DNA from: an uncultured Ignavibacteria bacterium
Lineage (GTDB): Bacteria > Bacteroidota > Ignavibacteria > Kapaibacteriales > UBA2268
Direction of reading: 5' to 3'
Length of the DNA: 64,000 bases
Assembly (NCBI GenBank): GCA_937127445.1
Contig: CAKZLY010000021.1
Span: 15,886 to 79,885, forward strand
Part shown: piece after piece, positions 60,430 through 64,000 of the stretch
Layout of the letters: each line of letters opens with the position of its first letter
How positions within the stretch are numbered: the stretch's first letter is position 1
Notes under the pieces: model-generated
The model's input: the letters and a program-made list of their open reading frames with translations, nothing else
Told to the model about the DNA's origin: nothing
Databases searched by the model: none
Program-made: the position numbers and the translations under genes

Positions 60430-61532
60430 AAAGAGTTGCATTAATTATGGCAGGTGGTTCGGGCGAACGATTTTGGCCACTGAGCCGTCGTAAAAAACCG
60501 AAACAACTGCTAAAATTAGTTTCTAATGACAAAACTATGCTCGAAGAATCAGTTGAACGCATTGCCCCGCTTATCGATAAGCAAGATGTGTATATAATCA
60601 CAAGCGAACTGCTTGCGCCAATTATGCGTGATATGCTTACAGATTTCCCTCCTGAGAATATTATTCCCGAACCATATAAACGCAACACTGCGTCCTGCCT
60701 TGCACTTGGCGCCGCCGTGCTGCTTGCAAAATATCCTAATGAGCAGGATTTATCGGTGGCAGTGCTTACCGCCGACCAGCATATTTACCCATCGGACGCT
60801 TTCGTTGCAACAGTGGACGAAGCAATGAAATATGCCGAACGAAATGAGAAGATACTAACTATCGGTATTCCACCAACTCGTCCAGAAACTGGCTATGGAT
60901 ATATAGAACTTGGCAAAAAGGTTGACAACTGGAACTTGATTTTTGGTGTATTGAGTTTTCGCGAAAAGCCTTCTTCTGATGCTGCAATGCATTACCTTGC
61001 CTCGGGCAATTTCCTGTGGAATAGTGGAATGTTTTTCTACAAACTTTCAACTTTTATTTCTGAATTGAAGCAATACCTCCCTGAAATTGGGGATCAAATT
61101 CAACTTATGGCAAAAAATTTAAATCTTTCAATAAATGAACCAGCCAATTCATTATCAAATCACATTGGTAATATTTTTAAAGAATTCCCTAATATTTCTA
61201 TTGACTATGGACTAATGGAAAAGACGCCAAATGTTGCTGTTGCTCGTGCTCTCTTCAACTGGGACGATGTGGGAGCGATAGACGCGCTGCGGCGAACACG
61301 TTCGGCAGACGCAAGGGGGAATATTTCCATAGGTCGAGCGTCACTAATTGATACAAGCAATTCTATTGTTATCAATGAAAGCGAAAGGGCTGTTGTATCT
61401 GTTCTGGGAATGGAAAGCGTTGCCGTGGTTGTAACAGACGATGCAGTGCTTGTTTGTCCAGTGGAGATGGTGCAACAAGTGCGTCAAAGCGTAGAAGACG
61501 TAAAAAATAAGTTCGGTGAAGAATATATTTGA
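60426..61532 (+). CDS. manC: Mannose-1-phosphate guanylyltransferase
   Basis: ALIMAGGSGERFWPLSR nucleotidyltransferase motif. Length is consistent with a GDP-mannose pyrophosphorylase lacking the isomerase domain. Confidence 0.8.
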   Translation: MKRVALIMAGGSGERFWPLSRRKKPKQLLKLVSNDKTMLEESVERIAPLIDKQDVYIITSELLAPIMRDMLTDFPPENIIPEPYKRNTASCLALGAAVLLAKYPNEQDLSVAVLTADQHIYPSDAFVATVDEAMKYAERNEKILTIGIPPTRPETGYGYIELGKKVDNWNLIFGVLSFREKPSSDAAMHYLASGNFLWNSGMFFYKLSTFISELKQYLPEIGDQIQLMAKNLNLSINEPANSLSNHIGNIFKEFPNISIDYGLMEKTPNVAVARALFNWDDVGAIDALRRTRSADARGNISIGRASLIDTSNSIVINESERAVVSVLGMESVAVVVTDDAVLVCPVEMVQQVRQSVEDVKNKFGEEYI

Positions 61533-61633
61533 CGAGGAAATATTAAATTGCAAAGATGTGTTGCACCTGCGAAGGTGTGGCACATCTATTATATCCAATC
61601 ATATCGTTTGAAATTTCAGTTCGATGGTCTTTG

Positions 61634-61720
61634 CGGAAAGGGAGGGATTCGAACCCTCGGTACCGTTTCCGGTACACACGCTTTCCAGGCGTGCCAGTTA
61701 AGCCACTCCTGCACCTTTCC
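61634..61720 (-). tRNA. tRNA-Ser (anticodon GGA)
   Basis: Manual fold: acceptor GGAAAGG/CCUUUCC, anticodon loop CUGGAAA, long variable arm, T-arm GAGGG-UUCGAAU-CCCUC. 87 nt. Confidence 0.75.
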
Positions 61721-61805
61721 CCATAAATAAGATTACAAAAATAAGGAAAATAACTCAATATAAAAAAGATTTTTATATGTGATTTTTTTTTTATAGTTTT
61801 GCAAC

Positions 61806-61880
61806 GCTCCCTTAGCTCAGTTTGGCCAGAGCAACTGACTCTTAATCAGTGGGTCGCGGGTTCGAGTCCCGCAGGGAGCA
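61806..61880 (+). tRNA. tRNA-Lys (anticodon CUU)
   Basis: Manual fold: acceptor GCUCCCU/AGGGAGC, anticodon loop CUCUUAA, T-loop UUCGAGU. 75 nt. Confidence 0.8.
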
Positions 61881-61981
61881 CAAAGAAATAGCCTACATAA
61901 TTTCCTTCAAACAAAGATATTAGTAGTTATAAGTCATTTACTTTATTAATTTCTCATTCCTCTAACATATTAGGGTGTAAA

Positions 61982-62419
61982 ATGGATGAATTCTTCTACG
62001 AAGCTCTCAATCAAGCACGAAAAAGTTACAACGAAGGTGGAATCCCAATTGGTTCTGTGTTAGTATATGAGAACAAAATCATTGGGAAAGGGCATAATCA
62101 GCGTGTACAAAAAAGTAGTGCCATTTTGCACGGCGAAATGGACGCCATCGAGAACGCAGGTCGCCAACCCGTCTACGTTTACAAAAATTCCGTGCTTTAT
62201 ACAACGCTATCGCCTTGCCCAATGTGCACAGGCACAATTTTGCTTTATGGTATTCCCAAAGTGATTATCGGTGAAAATCAAACCTTCCTTGGTTCAGAGG
62301 ATTTGCTCCGCCAACACGGTGTCGAAGTTGTCGTTCTCAACTCTCAGGAATGTATTGATTTAATGAAAAAATTCATCGAGGAAAAACCTCACGTTTGGGA
62401 CGAAGATATTGGAGTGTAG
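61982..62419 (+). CDS. CMP/dCMP-deaminase-fold nucleoside/nucleotide deaminase (cytosine/guanine/tRNA-adenosine deaminase-like)
   Basis: Zinc ligands H(G)E and PCxxC (PCPMCTG). 145 aa. Confidence 0.7.
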   Translation: MDEFFYEALNQARKSYNEGGIPIGSVLVYENKIIGKGHNQRVQKSSAILHGEMDAIENAGRQPVYVYKNSVLYTTLSPCPMCTGTILLYGIPKVIIGENQTFLGSEDLLRQHGVEVVVLNSQECIDLMKKFIEEKPHVWDEDIGV

Positions 62420-62460
62420 TTATTCAGTAGTATTTTAAACTATTGAAATAAAATAAAAAC

Positions 62461-63858
62461 TTACTTTTTCAGACGACTGCGTAGAGCACTCGTTGTAAGC
62501 CCAAGATAACGAGCGGTTTGAGTTTTATTGCCGTTAAACTTAGCAAGCGCTTTTTGAACTATCTCATAATTAAGTTCTTCCAGATTAATTTCTTCGTCTG
62601 GAAGCACAAAACTGCCTGGACGCAAGACAAATTTATCTGCATCTCCCAATTGACTGTATTCTTCGAGAAATGAAATATGATTAGAACGAAGTTCATAGTC
62701 GTCGTAGAGCAACACAACCCGTTCGATAGCATTTTTCAGTTCTCTTACATTTCCATACCAGGGATGTTCCTGCAATATCTTTACAGCATATTTATCAATA
62801 AGCCTGAATTTTTTATCACGTTCAATTGCGAAATTCGTCACAAACATTTGAGCCATCGGAGCAATTGCCTCTTTCTGCTGTCGCAGCGAAGGCAGCACCA
62901 GATGAGCAGCACACAAGCGATAATACAAATCTATTCTAAAACGGTTGCTCTCAACCATATCTTTCAGATTTTTATTTGTCGAAGCAATTATTCTTACATT
63001 CAAAGGGATTTTCTCCACTCCACCGACACGGTAAAACGCCTTTTCTTCGAGAACACGCAGCAATTTAGCCTGCAGCTCGTTCGGTATTTCGCCAATTTCA
63101 TCAAGCAGAAGAGTACCACCCTGAGCAATATCGAGTTTCCCACGTTTACCACCGCTTTTGCCACCGGTAAATGACCCTTCGTCGTAACCAAAGAGTTCGC
63201 TTTCGAATAAACTGGGTGTAATAGCGGCACAATTTATTGTAACAAATGGTTTTTTATTCCCTTTTTCGCCGTGATGAATAAGCGATGCAATTATTTCCTT
63301 GCCGGTTCCGCTTTCGCCTTCGATTAGCACGGGCAGATTGTCCTGGCTAAGTTTTAGAGCTGTTTCGACAATTTTCTGCATTTGATCGGAAAAAACGCCT
63401 ATTTTCCCGATAACAGGATGTTCAAAACACGAATAATGCAGCATTTGTTTTTTTTCGTCTTTTTCATTTGCAGTATCATTTATTTGGTTCTTCTCGGATA
63501 AAATTCTACTAATCACATCGGCAACGTAGCTGATTTCAATAGGTTTCACTAAATAATCATATGCACCCTGTCGAATTGCTTCAATACAAGTATCTAAATT
63601 TGCAAATCCAGTAACAAGAATCACCTTAGTATTTTTGATATTTTTCGACGATTTAATTTCACGAAGCAACTGCATCCCGTTCATTCCTGGCATACGAATG
63701 TCAGTGATAACAATCGGAGTATTGTGTTGTCCCAAATATTCAAGAGCATCGTAAGCTGAAGAAAATTGCGAAACTTGTATAGACAAGAAATCTCTGATGT
63801 ATACCGCAAGCATCTCACGGCTACTATCGTCGTCATCTACTATTACAACGCTACTCAT
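62461..63858 (-). CDS. Sigma-54-dependent NtrC-family response regulator
   Basis: Receiver domain, AAA+ sigma-54 interaction domain (GESGTGKE, GAFTGA-like region), C-terminal Fis-type HTH. Its ATG overlaps the stop of the upstream kinase gene. Confidence 0.85.
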   Translation of the reverse strand: MSSVVIVDDDDSSREMLAVYIRDFLSIQVSQFSSAYDALEYLGQHNTPIVITDIRMPGMNGMQLLREIKSSKNIKNTKVILVTGFANLDTCIEAIRQGAYDYLVKPIEISYVADVISRILSEKNQINDTANEKDEKKQMLHYSCFEHPVIGKIGVFSDQMQKIVETALKLSQDNLPVLIEGESGTGKEIIASLIHHGEKGNKKPFVTINCAAITPSLFESELFGYDEGSFTGGKSGGKRGKLDIAQGGTLLLDEIGEIPNELQAKLLRVLEEKAFYRVGGVEKIPLNVRIIASTNKNLKDMVESNRFRIDLYYRLCAAHLVLPSLRQQKEAIAPMAQMFVTNFAIERDKKFRLIDKYAVKILQEHPWYGNVRELKNAIERVVLLYDDYELRSNHISFLEEYSQLGDADKFVLRPGSFVLPDEEINLEELNYEIVQKALAKFNGNKTQTARYLGLTTSALRSRLKK

Positions 63859-63859
63859 A

Positions 63860-64000
63860 CTACTCACCTCTATAAATAGGGAAGTTTATAATAAAAGTAG
63901 CACCGCCATCTTCGTTGTTCATTGGCTGAACAGTTCCTTTGTATTTATCGACAAACATTTTAACAATTGCGAGCCCCAACCCCGTCCCACCAACGCTTTG
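63860..64000 (-). CDS. Sensor histidine kinase, 3' end (partial; continues beyond the window)
   Basis: HATPase_c G2 box ...GGTGLGLAIVKMFVDKYKGTVQ.... Its stop codon overlaps the response-regulator start. Confidence 0.7.
   Translation of the reverse strand, partial: QSVGGTGLGLAIVKMFVDKYKGTVQPMNNEDGGATFIINFPIYRGE

Noticed and set aside
1-64000. CRISPR arrays, rRNA genes, transposases/IS elements, integrases
   Set aside because: No short regularly spaced direct repeats, no rRNA-like conserved stretches, and no DDE or tyrosine-recombinase-like ORFs were seen. The only repeats are the paralogous flagellins and protein-level repeats inside the giant genes.

Overview
Chromosomal window from a low-GC bacterium, probably a flagellated member of the FCB superphylum (Ignavibacteriota- or Calditrichota-like); this is inferred from flagellar genes co-occurring with many T9SS-type C-terminal sorting domains. 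The layout is as follows. (1) 1-12 kb: a flagellar filament/late-gene locus (rmlC-rmlA, fliW-csrA-CheY-like response regulator, flgM, flaG, fliD, fliS, two tandem flagellin paralogs with consensus sigma-28 promoters), followed by a Cys-rich GT9 glycosyltransferase, an outer-membrane protein and a GT2 polyprenol-phosphate glycosyltransferase. (2) 11.7-33.7 kb: an array of six secreted proteins (258 to 2673 aa), all ending in T9SS C-terminal domains, with two giant beta-helix proteins. A small TM-TPR protein and tRNA-Arg(CCG) sit between the giants. (3) 33.7-64 kb: housekeeping genes (mgtE with a structured leader, comF, ridA, ROK glucokinase, ftsB, gcvPA, ftsK, comB-like phosphatase, hemerythrin, aldehyde dehydrogenase, dapA, rsgA, tRNA-Gln, rlmN, rpmH-rnpA-yidD-yidC, STAS protein, Wzx-like flippase, M50-like peptidase, manC, tRNA-Ser/tRNA-Lys, a nucleoside deaminase, and a sigma-54 NtrC-type response regulator with a partial histidine kinase). 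Embedded in this are a decayed Type II restriction-modification system and an HTH / S24-peptidase / Mor-like regulator trio. The decayed R-M system consists of a methyltransferase frameshifted at a CCC run and a PD-(D/E)xK nuclease with two in-frame stop codons. I found no CRISPR array, rRNA, transposase or integrase. The most notable observations are a ~160-nt gene-conversion tract between the two flagellins, the fliW-csrA-response-regulator operon, a riboswitch/attenuator-like leader upstream of mgtE, the mutationally inactivated R-M pair, and the T9SS giant-protein array with Pmp-like beta-helix plus a Ycf48-like beta-propeller.
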